DNA of 63,393 nucleotides, the filler included, from Choristocarpus tenellus KU-1152 (Eukaryota; Protista; Phaeophyceae), in the NCBI GenBank assembly GCA_964200185.2. It is 14 parts of 14 records of this genome, joined end to end, with 100 filler letters (N's around TTAATTAATTAA, not from the genome) between each part and the next. Parts side by side here need not be neighbours in the genome. Positions count along the whole stretch, not along the records: positions 31,664 to 39,900 come from CAXNAD020004950.1; positions 40,001 to 42,556 come from CAXNAD020026815.1; positions 42,657 to 47,354 come from CAXNAD020013424.1; positions 47,455 to 50,026 come from CAXNAD020026662.1; positions 50,127 to 53,440 come from CAXNAD020020869.1; 9 more parts are not named here. The stretch is one strand, 5' to 3'. Below the pieces are notes generated by a model. It saw nothing but the letters and a program-made list of their open reading frames with translations, did no database searches and was not told where the DNA came from. Made by a program: the position numbers and the translations under genes. Below, in pieces: positions 39,489 to 51,175 of this stretch (positions are counted from its first letter, which is position 1; every line of letters begins with the position of its first letter).

Positions 39489-39842
39489 GTGTGAATTCCT
39501 CGGGTTGGGGTTAGGGCTACGGGGACGGGAGTTGGATATATATGTTGTATAATATTGCAGGCGTAAGTGAGCAGGAGCATAATATTCCCTTTTATTGCGG
39601 TAGTGTTGTTCTACCTCACCCAGCCAATAAACTGCTGTACAGAAAAAAAAAATCGCCTTGGAATTGAAAGAGATGTATACCTCCCTGTATGGAAGGTAAC
39701 AAACATCCATTTTGTTACAGGTACGGCGAAGGTGTTCTCAAGTCATGTTTTTTTTTTAATCAGAAAAGAAAAATAATCTTATCACATAGATTTGTATATC
39801 TTGGTTGGGATCCGCACACACCCTACCCTTCCTTCCCCCCCC

Positions 39843-39898
<56 letters not shown>

Positions 39899-40000
39899 TT
39901 NNNNNNNNNNNNNNNNNNNNNNNNNNNNNNNNNNNNNNNNNNNNTTAATTAATTAANNNNNNNNNNNNNNNNNNNNNNNNNNNNNNNNNNNNNNNNNNNN

Positions 40001-42556
40001 CAAATACGTTTTTAAGAGGATGCCCTTTGGGATATCAAATGCCCCTTGGCAATTTCAAAGAATCATGTCCTTAGCCTTTGCCAACTTTGGTCCATTGAGT
40101 GGGTTGCTAGTTTACATGGATGATCTGCTTGCTTGTTCTCCCACATGGGAAGGACATATACATTTACTAGAACAGCAGTTCAAAGCGTTACAAGCAGCGG
40201 GTTTAACTTTGAAACCGTCAAAGATCCAGTTTGGACCCAAAGAAGTACGCTACCTGGGTCTCATTTTATCGTCTGAAGGGATTCGTATCGGTGAGGATCA
40301 TGTCGGTGCAATCACTGAATTACCCAAATCCACCACCATCAAAGAACTTCGATCTGTCCTAGGTATGATAAACTTATGCGTAAATTCATACCCAACTTAG
40401 CCACAGTAATCGAACCGTTAGTTCTTCTCACAAAAAAAGGTGTCAATCAGAGAGTGGATAAAGAACGGGGACTGGACCAGGATGGGGCATTTTTTTAAAG
40501 TAAACAATTACTCACTGCTGCCCCGGTTCTCGTGTTTCCTGACTTTACCAAAGAATTCATCATCCATGTTGATGCCAGTGAGAGTGGTGCTGGAGGTTTT
40601 TTAGCACAACCCCGATCCGATAATCCTGCAGACCTAGGTATCATTGCATACTTCAGCAAGAAATATAATGAGCTCAACGTCATTATTCAGCTACATTAAG
40701 AGAGTGTTATGCAGTCGTTACAGCCATCACGTATTGGTGACCGTATCTTTGGGGTAGACACTTCACCTGCATCACAGATCATACTGCATTGTGTTGCTTG
40801 TATAGAATGCAGGATGCCAGTAACATGCTTACTCGTTGGGCTATTGCTCTTCAAGCTTATGATTTCACAGTGAAGCACAAGCCTGGTAAGTTCAATGTTA
40901 TACCTGATACTCTATCTCATATTTTCAAGTTTGAGGAACAAGAGAAATCCGTTGCTCCAATGCTGGCACCAATATGTCGTAATGTGCCAGAAGGTAGTCG
41001 TGCATTTACAACACGTGTTCAAAAGGAATATGACTTATCTGTTTCTAACCTTTGACAAAGCAACGCCCGTCCAAAGTGATAAACTATTTACTAGTTCCAC
41101 TACCGTGTTTCCTTCAGTGGACCAGGAGCAATTGCGCAAGGAGCAGGAATCCGAGTTCGGACCATATTTTAGGTATTTGCAGTCCCCCGACGTCGCCCCA
41201 CTGCCTGATAAGGAATCAACGACGTCTATGTCGTATTTTTTCCTTCGTAATGGCTTACTGTATCGTTCATATTTACCAGGTCATCTTCGTAAGAGGAGCA
41301 CGTTTAGAGACCAGTTGGTTGTTCCTCACTCGTTAGTCCGTCTTGTACTCCATGTTGACCATACATTGTCAGGAGGTCAGTTAGGTTTCAAACCGACGTT
41401 CGATAAGGTTAGAGACTCGTATTGGTGGCCAACATCAATATCGATATTCGTACATGGTGTCGTGATTGTCAAGCATGCCAAATGTTAAAACATAGGCTAC
41501 TCATTTGTTTCTTGTTGATATGATATACATACTACCAGCTTGTACCGACTGTTGATTGGTGCACTGCACTGGTAGTGTTCATTTATTTATTGCGCATTCC
41601 AACTCATCATTACATCGATGACAGTAGATAGAAGTATACACTGACCTTACACCCACACCACCAGATCAAACATATGTACACCCCACCCCTACAACCCCAA
41701 CTTCTGTCACCCTGACTCCGTCAGACACCATGACCACCCCGCCCACACCCTCCTTACCACCACCTCCTACCACTGCACAATTTCGTGAACTCCATCGCCT
41801 CAGCTCATTTAACAACCCAGGTCTCCGTGAGGAGGTCTCCCTTGCTACTACCACTATATTCGACTCCCCTGACATCTTTGCTGAGGCCTCCTCTGCCACC
41901 ACATCTATATCTAACACCCTTCAATCTTCCTTTGTTCATTCTGTCCTCCTACACCACACCCCATCTAGCCCCATTATCCCTGACCTGCCAGGTTCCTTCA
42001 AAGAGGCCATGAAACATCCTGACTGGGAGCAAGCTATCCGTGCGGAGTATGGATCACTCCTGCGTAACAAGACCTGGAGTGTGGAGGATGAAGCAAGCCT
42101 CCTCCAAACACGTAAGACTGCTCATAAGAAGTCTACGCTTCCTACTGGCCATATGCCCGTTGACAGACCATTTCAACGTGTTGCTATTGATTTGGTAGAG
42201 TACAAAACACGTTCCCCAGCAGCAAATGGTGTCATGTGCTCGTATGTGTTGTCTGCCATTGATCACCTTACCCGTTTTGTTGTGCTGAGCTCTATTCCAA
42301 ATAAAGAGGCCGCAACAATTGCTCGTACGCTGGTAGAACGTGTATTTTCAATTTTCGGTCCACCTGAGTCGTTACATTCTGATCAAGGTACTACCGATTT
42401 TGAAAACAGTATAGTTGCAGAGTTGCAGTCAGTTTTTGGTTGCAAGAAAACCAAAACCACACCGTATCACCCCCAAGGAAATTCTGTGTTGGAGAGAGTA
42501 CATGCTACGTTGCATTCTATGCTAGCAATGTATATCTCTGTTGCTGAGGATAACTG
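40001..42556 (+). mobile_element. pol: Decayed Ty3/Gypsy LTR-retrotransposon pol (RT, RNase H, integrase) with frameshifts
   Basis: MPFGISNAP..FQ, LVYMDDLL, VRYLG (RT); F.IHVDAS, RWAIALQAYDFTVKHKPGK (RNase H); RPFQRVAIDLV, SAIDHLTRF, LHSDQG, TTPYHPQGNSVLER (integrase); RT-RH-INT order. Confidence 0.95.
41483..42103 (+). mobile_element. Ty1/Copia-derived fragment inserted in the Gypsy integrase Zn-finger region
   Basis: Encodes a P/T-rich spacer then PGSFKEAMKHPDWEQAIRAEYGSLLRNKTW (start of Copia RT); begins TGTT; flanked by CCAAA direct repeats. Removing it restores Gypsy CQACQTRKT. Confidence 0.8.
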
Positions 42557-44344
42557 NNNNNNNNNNNNNNNNNNNNNNNNNNNNNNNNNNNNNNNNNNNN
42601 TTAATTAATTAANNNNNNNNNNNNNNNNNNNNNNNNNNNNNNNNNNNNNNNNNNNNCCCCCTCAGGGCTCCTATCGCCCCCACCCACCACCTCCCCCCTC
42701 GAGGCCAACAATATCTGATGAGAAGCTTTCTGAAGGAGAAAATAACACAATTCATTGAGTAGCACGTGTATGTGTGTGTGTGCTTGTATGTTTATTTTGA
42801 CATCTATGCCAACTATGTCGAGACAAAGGATGCTACATTCTAACCAATCAAAAATGGTATTTGATCTACTTCAGTATGATTAATGGTGCAGTTAGATGGG
42901 TAAGAGACATCCAGCTTGAATGCTAACCCAAGCTCCACCCTAACCCAAACACCCACTCAAAGGGACTCATCCTCTCCTCTAGGGAACCAACCTACCTTCC
43001 CACTAGCAACAACTGGGAACTGAACATCAGAATATTTACCTAACCCTAACCCTAACCCTTTACCGCGCTGGAAATAGGGTTAGGGTTAGGTCTACAGTTC
43101 GTTCCTCGGAACTTCATGACAATGAACAAACTAATGTCGATATACCGTCAAATTGACCTCTCAACTCACACTATTTCACAAAACCAGCAGGGCCTGGGCA
43201 GTACTGCGCTATATATCTACATGCAGATACCTACATACAGGTACTACATCCCCTGAAAACACATCCCAAAAAGCCTGTACCCTTGCAGACTCACAGATTA
43301 GATCATTGTTTTCCTAACCAGCTTTGTCTTTTTTTCCGGTTGGGCAATTGGCATTAATTACAGTCAAAACTCCCAAAAACAAAAAAACACCAAGACCCTA
43401 ACCCTAACCCCAGCAAGGCCGGTGAGCATCCTGCCAACAAGAGGAACAAACTGTTTGTCCTTGAAGTACAACCCACAACACACAAAAGAAAAAAAAAAGA
43501 CCTAACTTGAAACACACTACCGCTCTCAATAGGGTTAGGGTTAGGGCTAGGGTTACACCCTTACTTGAGATCAGGGACTCTCTGAAGATCCCGGTAGTCA
43601 ATAAATTGGTACAGAACTCCCCTTTATATTCCTGCAAGAATCAGTATACATTTATCTTTCATACACCACTAATAGTAACACACAAACACACCTGCCTGTT
43701 CTAGTCTTTCTCACACACTCACACACTTACAGACACATGCTTTCAGACACATACCTACAGACACATAAGTGCACAAGAATAATCGCCTCTTCCCCCCCCC
43801 CTGCCCCAACCCCTTTACTCTCTCACCAAAACCGCCACCCCCATGTCTGCCTACCCACACAAAAAATAATAAATCTCACCAACTATATATTGGCACACAA
43901 GAGGTACTCTAGCAGTCAAGTACACACTATTAGTCTACTCGAAAATAATAATAATAATAATAGTAACAATGAAAATAAGATCAAATCCCATTGACTCAAT
44001 CTGACACACAACCTATTCTATTGGCCTACAACACACTACCATTTGTAGCACACACACACCCTCTCACCTCAAGCAATTGAAAGTACACGCTATTGGTCTA
44101 CTGAGAAATAAAATAAACACAAATAGGATCAAATCCCATTGGCTCTGCTTTTACACACAAGCCATTCTATTGGTCCAAGCACTTCTATACAGTGAAAGCA
44201 AAACCGGAAAGTGGTCAGTCCACAAAAACTGGGATAATACTTAAAAAAACAAAAAAATATGCACAAAACTTTCCTCCACTCCATGCTTCAGCCACAACAT
44301 CTCCGTCCTTGTGTAGGCAGCATATCTCAATCAGACCATACTAA

Positions 44345-44520
44345 ATAGGTGGGGTTAACCCTACGTTGATACAAAATCAATGTGTATAGAGTGAGGGAGT
44401 GATACAAAGTTTCCTAACAAAATGGGTGGGCTAACCCTCCCCTGATACAAAATCAATGTGTAGAGAGTGAGGGAGTGATACAAAGTTTTCTAACAAGTAG
44501 GTGTGGGTTAACCAACCCCC
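44345..44520 (+). repeat. ~76-bp tandem duplication (2+ copies)
   Basis: taaccct..tgatacaaaatcaatgtgta.agagtgagggagtgatacaaagttt.ctaacaa is repeated. Confidence 0.8.
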
Positions 44521-44812
44521 CCCCCCCCCCCCCCACAAAAAAAAAAAAAAACACACACAAGACCAGGGGAGGGAAAAAAAAAAACAAAAAGTAGGTGTGG
44601 GCTAACCAACCCCCCGCCCCCCCTTGTAAAAAATAAATAAATCAACTGCGTACGGAGCAAGGGAGTGATGTACAGAATCCAAACAAACAGGTGGGCATAA
44701 TCCACCCCCTGTTTACCTGACCAACATCTCTAGATTGAGGATTTTAAAGGAACAACCCTAACCCTAACCCATCTGCGACGTACACACTGATTCACCATGC
44801 ACACTGAGTCAC

Positions 44813-45064
44813 CTTGAGTGAATGAGTACAAGCCACCACTGCAGTTTGCGCCAGGTCCTCAAACACACCCATGTCCACAGCCCGGTACACCCTGCTCAGG
44901 ACCAACAACGTAGACCTCAAGGACGGGTACCAGCCATCATAGGAGACTGTTCTCTGAACAACACCCAGATGTTGTTCCTTGACCTCTGAGTTGGCCTTAG
45001 CTCTGAGGAGGATGCCTGGGTAGTCAAGATCCCTCGGGGTTGGTGAAAAGCCCATAATTTCCTC
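44813..45064 (-). CDS. COG3: Conserved oligomeric Golgi complex subunit 3 (Sec34), internal exon
   Basis: FSPTPRDLDYPGIL...WYPSLRSTLLVLSRVYRAVDMGVFEDLAQTAVVACTHSL matches COG3 'DL.YP / WYPT.R.TL..LSKLYR.....VF..L.Q.A...C..SL'; 252-nt AG/GT exon. Confidence 0.9.
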
Positions 45065-45232
45065 CTGGTGGTGCAGATAAAAATTGTAAACCCAGAATGT
45101 CAATCACAACAAGGTACTGTCTCCTATGTGCATGTCCACAGGGTCGAACTGGCAGGTCATTCATATATAACACACATATAACACACATATAACACGCATA
45201 ACATCTACGTATGTGCATGTCTACAATTTGCA

Positions 45233-45427
45233 TATTATTACTAATATTACTATTATTATTATTACTACTATAATTGGCATGTTATTACTAATATTACTAT
45301 TATTATTATTACTATAATTTGAATATCACTACTAATATTACTATTATTATTATTACTACTATAATTTGCATATTATTACTACTATTACTATTATTATTAC
45401 TACTATAATTTGCATATCATTACTACT
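45233..45427. repeat. AT-rich (ATT/TAC) compound tandem repeat with ~45-bp higher-order units
   Basis: Direct reading; another (ATT)n tract at 45775-45870. Confidence 0.9.
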
Positions 45428-46413
45428 GAAGAATAAATAGCAAGTGCCGTCATCATCTGTCCATGGCAGTAGTAAAGTGTGGACCTACTGCAGTACTACT
45501 GATTCAAAGCTACTGAGAGGTGCATGCCTCCTCTGCTTAAGGGTTTTTTTTCAACTCTCAGTCTCAACGCGGTCTCGAAGAAGAGAGAAGATACCTGTAG
45601 GTAAGGACAACTTGGTTCCAAAAACTACATGCACATACACGTAAAAAGTAGCCAAAAGTACACTCCACTCCACGGATACAGCTGCGGATGACTGCCGACA
45701 GCCAAGAACACTCCTGGAACTCTTCTGAGAAAGAAGAAGACGAATCGACAGACCATTATTAGCGGAAAGAAGCAAATACTATTATTATTATTATTATTAT
45801 TAATACTATTATTATCATTATTATTATTATTATTAATACTATTATTATTATTATTATTAGTAGTATTATTACGGAACAGTAGTAGAACGGTAATATAACC
45901 CTAACCCTAACCCTCTCAATGATTTCACCAACACAGACGCAGGCAGACACTGGCCTCCAGCGGACACTGGCGGAGGAGGAAGTGGGGAACATTCAACAGT
46001 AAAAGTAAATGTTCCCGGTCAAGACAATGCAGTAAAAGTAAAAGAGAATGTCACATAGCAGGGAGATGCCCCTCTCCAGTCGACGAGCTCTCCATCCTCC
46101 CTATACCTCTCTCCACCCTACTGAGCAATGATCGACACGAAGCGTCTACCCTAACCCTAACCCTAACCCTATGCCAGTCCTCGCCGGCGACAGCCTCTAT
46201 TGAATGACCCAACAAGCACCAACCACTTCAAATTTTCACCGAGGTCTCAAGGACAGGCTAGTTACCAGGCTAGTTGCGACGAGTACTGCCAAGGTCAACG
46301 GAAAAATTAAGTTTAAAGTTAAGTTAGTTCAACCGATGGATGATGTATGTAGATCGCATCAGAAGTTCCAAGAGTACTACGGGGTACACAGTGAGCACAT
46401 ATTGATTAGTATT

Positions 46414-46714
46414 GAGTGAAAATATCTTAGAGGGCGCGAGTATTGCCCTGTTTGTCCAATTGGGGCTTGGCTTCCCATGTTTTTGTTTGTTTTTTTATTT
46501 ATGACATTTTCCTACTTCGAGACATTTTGTTTTTTTTATGACAATATTTCGGAGTAGTTAAAAATATATGTGTTATGAAATAGTGTGTCCAGAATACGGA
46601 TATTGACACTTCCTAGCAAACACTATAGCCAAAAATTAAACCAAAATCACAAACATTGGATTTTTGGCCCCCAAATGGACGCGGCTCTACCCTCTAGGAA
46701 GGATACTTTGGCTC
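46414..46714 (-). mobile_element. MITE family A
   Basis: Both TIRs, with a small internal duplication. Confidence 0.85.
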
Positions 46715-46787
46715 TTTGCTGAAAGGCTGTGAGGAGTGTTCGTAAGCTCCGTGGACGGCAGTGACCTATCATGGTCCACGCATGGAA

Positions 46788-47105
46788 AGCAAAAGTATCT
46801 TATGAGGGTATCTTATTAATTCCACCCTGCTTGGCCATTGGATGCTTGGCTCCAGGTGTTATTTTTTCAATGACATTTTTTCTACTCCGGAATGTTTCGG
46901 AGTAGGTAATGTGTACAAGTTACGAAAAGGCCTGTGTCCGGAACATTAACCCTAACCCTAACCCTAACCCTAACCCTAACATTGACATTGACATTCACAC
47001 TTTCCTAACAAAACACGATAGCCCACAATTACAATCAGAATCGCAACATTGGATTTCGGACCCCCAAATGGACGCAGCTCTTCCCTCTATAAGATACTTT
47101 GGCTC
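46788..47105 (-). mobile_element. MITE family A containing an inserted (CCCTAA)5 array
   Basis: Aligns to other family A copies except for the telomeric tract at ~46948-46980. Confidence 0.85.
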
Positions 47106-47161
47106 CATAGGTAACTGTAACATTAGCAATCCAGAGTGGCACTAGCACTCTCTCACCCTCT

Positions 47162-47340
47162 GGCTCAAAGCATCTGGGAGGGGGTGGCGGCTGTCCACTC
47201 GGGGTCAATTTTTTTATGTCGTGAATTTTGTGTGATTTGGTTGCATATGTCGGATGGATACTCTATAAATGCACTTTTCCTGATTTTGATCCAAATAAAT
47301 GGACCCCCTGGAGTAGACCCCCCCCCCCCCCCCCCCCATC
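47162..47340 (+). mobile_element. MITE family C copy
   Basis: GGCTCAAAGCATCTGGGAGGGG start; matches 1166-1330. Confidence 0.8.
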
Positions 47341-47898
47341 GTTGCCCGGTGACCNNNNNNNNNNNNNNNNNNNNNNNNNNNNNNNNNNNNNNNNNNNNTT
47401 AATTAATTAANNNNNNNNNNNNNNNNNNNNNNNNNNNNNNNNNNNNNNNNNNNNGATAATAAGAGAGAGCACCCCCCACCACCGAGGGCTGTGCTCACTC
47501 CGCTAATAAACATATCCATACCACACAAAGAAAAAATACTCTACTTGAGTAGTTCTCTTTTGCATACATACGGCAGTATTAATGGAGTTCTTACTACTGA
47601 GCAGCTTGACCCTTGCAGGCGGGAGGAAGCTTACTTGAACTGAAAGGTGGAGGTTACACATCCCACCCTTGCTTCATACTGAGGCCTTGTTGCTTCTATG
47701 CACCCTTGGTCGAAACACCCCCCTCCCCACCCACCCACAGTCGTACACCTAGACACATGTCCCTCTTCCTGTTTCAATTGTGTTCCTCCTTCCTCTTGTG
47801 TAACCTACCCTCCTCAAACCATCCCTACCCCGTCCGCCCCAAAATACCCAATGCAACCTCCAACAACATGAACGTTATCTATCTGCATTGATGTCCAC

Positions 47899-48028
47899 CT
47901 GCATGATGTTTATGGGGTCCACGTATGGGTTACGAAGGCTCAGCTGCCACTGTAGCAATCTGTTTTCGGATATTAGCTCTGTAGCCCCTGATACAGCCAA
48001 AACGGCATCTGCAGTGGTCTCCAGTCGC
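47899..48028 (-). CDS. ppc: Phosphoenolpyruvate carboxylase, C-terminal exon
   Basis: RLETTADAVLAVSGATELISENRLLQWQLSLRNPYVDPINIMQ contains the PEPC 'LRNPY.DP.N..Q' motif. Confidence 0.92.
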
Positions 48029-48612
48029 CTGGTAAGGATGTGGCAGAGTGGGGACACAGTAATAGTTCAAAACAAGTGGGGGGAGGGTATGAGGGAAGGG
48101 TCCACACTGTTCCCGAGTGAAGTCTAGTCCTTAAATAATTCTGACACATGGGTGAGTCAATATCTAGAGCTCTCCACACCCTCTTGAAATATACTACATA
48201 GATCTCCCGCACTATTTCCACTAACCCTAACCCTTCCTACTGTACATGAGGTAACTCCATTCTCCGACACACTGTACACTGTGGCACTGCACCAGCACAG
48301 AGAGGACCCAGTCCTCTCCTTGAAGATTATTATTCTACGACGGAGAGAAAACTGTTCTTTTACTGCTACAAAAATAAACACAAAGAACGCACACGGAACA
48401 TTCCTGTCCTAGTGTGAGGGCGACTTTAAACTATTTTTTTTTAGCTTCCTTTTACTGAACTAAAACAGAGATACTTTCCTTCTATACCCACTCAACTCAC
48501 AAAGCCATAACAAGAGGTCACTTCTCCTGCAACAAGTTACAGTTACAGACTAGAAAAAAAACACAGCCGGGCAGCACCCATATCAAAAATCAAACCGTAC
48601 TAAGCCTGTCAC

Positions 48613-48676
48613 CTCCGTAGCTCTTCCCCAAGCTCCTGGGCCTCCTTCTCATTCACCAGCTCATTGTCGTAGTGCT
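48613..48676 (-). CDS. ppc: Phosphoenolpyruvate carboxylase, preceding exon
   Basis: EHYDNELVNEKEAQELGEELRR (PEPC 'A..YD..LV.....LGE.LR'); phase-2 junction fits the next exon. Confidence 0.85.
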
Positions 48677-49399
48677 CTGTGGCAACGGCAAAGCATAGAC
48701 AGTTGACCTGTTTTAACACCTTACTACTATTGTGTCCCATTCCTCTGCAAGACACTGTTACATTTCCTGTACCATGCAGCATCAGTCAATTCTAAAACCA
48801 AGTGCAACAAAAAGTAATAAAAATTCCGTTGATTTAATTTCGTTTCACTTGATTCTGTTCTATTTTAGTCAACACTATCCTAAATTCAAAACAGAGTAGT
48901 CTTATCACAACTACACAAATCAGACAAAGTGAATCAACACCACTCACACAACAAACACAATGTACCACCTCTTGTCTGTACCTCCAACACAAACCATACC
49001 CTAACCCCAACCACGAAAACAACTGTAGTACCTAATCACTACCATTGGTTCACTAGCAATCAGACTGGGGGGCAAGGGTCCACGAGTTCCAAGTTCAGCC
49101 TCCAAGAATTATCAACCCTCCCCAAACGCCTCATGGCATATGTCAGCACTAGTGCTCACCAGCAATGCCGGTATCTGACTTGGCCAGAACCATCTCGAAC
49201 AGGTCTGGTCATTTGACATTAACAAGGACACAGAGTGGTGTACAGGAATGAATGTGAACAGGTCAGATGAACAGAGCTACATAGTCTGTGGGGAGAAGAA
49301 ACAGGAGGGTAAGTGTGTTGTGTGCTATCACAACAAGAGTGAGTCAATCAACCTGGGTATGTAGGCAGGGAATGTGTCTGACCTATTTGAGGGTCAGCC

Positions 49400-49890
49400 T
49401 CTTGCCCGTGCTTCAGCAGCCACAAGGGATGAGGCACGTTAACTAGAGGTAATATAATGATGGTAACTGCACCTGCACTTCTGCAAATGGAACATCAAGC
49501 AGAAGGCCTTTGTCCCAGTAGGGAGCTGTTCCAGCGTCTGTCAGTGCCCCTGCATGGAAAACTAGATCCATACGGAGATTTCTGTCTACCGTGAAGTGGT
49601 TGCCGTCCTCCGTAGTGCAAGGGATACCCATTCCCTTGCATAATTGGCTTAGGCGTTTCACCATATGCTGTCGAACCTGTCCTCCTCCCCCCAGGGATTG
49701 TGTTGAGGCCCATGCGTTTGCCCCTTGTCCCCACTGGCTCTGGTGGCGTGCTAGGGCTAATGAGGAGCTCTCCTTCCCCTGGTGCACTTCACTAGGTAGG
49801 CCGGCTAATTGTGTCCCGAAGGAGTCAAAATAGATCTTGTTCAGGAGGTGTGTGATCTCATATTGAGCCCTCCTCGTGATCCTGGAGGTC
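49400..49890 (-). mobile_element. Non-LTR retrotransposon relic, restriction-like endonuclease end (CRE/R2-type)
   Basis: ...VKRLSQLCKGMGIPCTTED...RNLRMDLVFHAG...GLLLDVPFAE follows the RLE 'E...R.D...LLDV' pattern; lies upstream of the PEPC exons on the same strand, probably intronic. Confidence 0.6.
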
Positions 49891-50026
49891 CACATCCTGG
49901 CAGCTCATGATGCCAGGATTACAAGGAGGGCTCAATATGAGATCACACACCTCCTGAACAAGATCTATTTTGACTCCTTCGGGACACAATTAGCCGGCCT
50001 ACCTAGTGAAGTGCACCAGGGGAAGG
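49772..50026. repeat. Near-perfect fold-back inverted repeat (~114-bp arms) running to the contig end
   Basis: 49772-49885 is the reverse complement of ~49913-50026, with a ~27-nt loop. Confidence 0.9.
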
Positions 50027-50371
50027 NNNNNNNNNNNNNNNNNNNNNNNNNNNNNNNNNNNNNNNNNNNNTTAATTAATTAANNNNNNNNNNNNNNNNNN
50101 NNNNNNNNNNNNNNNNNNNNNNNNNNGTATAACGGTATATGGCACACGAGCAATACGGTATAATAACAGACAAACATGCTTTCCACATACAGTAGTATAT
50201 ATTTCAATAGTATATTGCCACTCACTCATCAAAAATATATGTAAGAGGGCATAGTAATAAAAATATATGCAAGTATATTTATTCTACGTACGTACATGGA
50301 CAAATTACTTGTATTATCAACTCCATTACTAACAACATAGGTACCGCTGCCTTATCGACCAATCGCTCTAT

Positions 50372-51175
50372 ATGACCAAGGGAATCACAATGCACCAACA
50401 CAGTTCCTACTGGGAAAATTGTCGTTTCGTCCTCTGTGGCGCCCTCTTGAGCTGGGCAGGAAAACTCGTGCAAGCAAGGTCTGAGCTAGCATTCGCTCCT
50501 TCCCTTACTTCCCTGTCACCAAAACACTCCTTGCCCACCTCAAGACCACAACCGACGTGTACCCGTCACAGTGTTGGTCCACGATTGGGCCATGAAGAAA
50601 TGAATCCCCATGATGCAAAAGTGAGCTTTCTGAAGAGCATAGAAGATGGTGAAGAGGTGGAGTCGGCGCTCGCGGCGCTACTCTTCGCGAAAAATGCTAG
50701 TACTTTCATTCACGAAGGTGATGTGGCAAGCGAATATGATAGGTGGCTTGGACAGTGGGTCGTTTGCCATGCGCCGCACATCGTCACTCTCGGCAAGCTT
50801 CTACTTACCTCATTTAATGTGGAGTACAACTTCCACCCCGGTGGGCGTATGTCGTCTTTCTCCCAGTACCAGAGTACTCTATTTGGCAGGGGTTGGCTGA
50901 ATGCAGATGGTCGAGTGGCTATCCAACCGGGAGGTAAAGCAGTTCGAGTTGTATTTGAGCGTTTCTGGTGGGATATAGGACAATGTGAGCAGCCTACAGT
51001 ATCACCTCCGAAGAAGGACACTGTAGGTAACCTTGTACAGACCCTTGGTTCACTTCTTTTTTTTGAGGGAATCTCCGTTTTCCCCGTGGTCTACCTGGAC
51101 GAAGACTTGTGTGTCTTTGAGTTTTCGGCTACTGGAACGCTGGTCGTGGCCCAGCGTCTGGGTTCCTCGCGTTGA
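50372..51175 (+). CDS. Intronless plastid-targeted PAP/fibrillin-like protein
   Basis: Hydrophobic signal followed by LAF-AP (ASAFAP-like) and an S/T/P/R-rich transit peptide; C-terminal domain with 'LGQWVVCHAP', 'V.V.F..FW' and 'VVYLDEDLCVF' typical of PAP_fibrillin. Confidence 0.75.
   Translation: MTKGITMHQHSSYWENCRFVLCGALLSWAGKLVQARSELAFAPSLTSLSPKHSLPTSRPQPTCTRHSVGPRLGHEEMNPHDAKVSFLKSIEDGEEVESALAALLFAKNASTFIHEGDVASEYDRWLGQWVVCHAPHIVTLGKLLLTSFNVEYNFHPGGRMSSFSQYQSTLFGRGWLNADGRVAIQPGGKAVRVVFERFWWDIGQCEQPTVSPPKKDTVGNLVQTLGSLLFFEGISVFPVVYLDEDLCVFEFSATGTLVVAQRLGSSR

Noticed and set aside
16209-45064. Apparent cluster of Golgi-tethering genes (USO1 and COG3)
   Set aside because: They are on different contigs joined arbitrarily, so there is no evidence of linkage.
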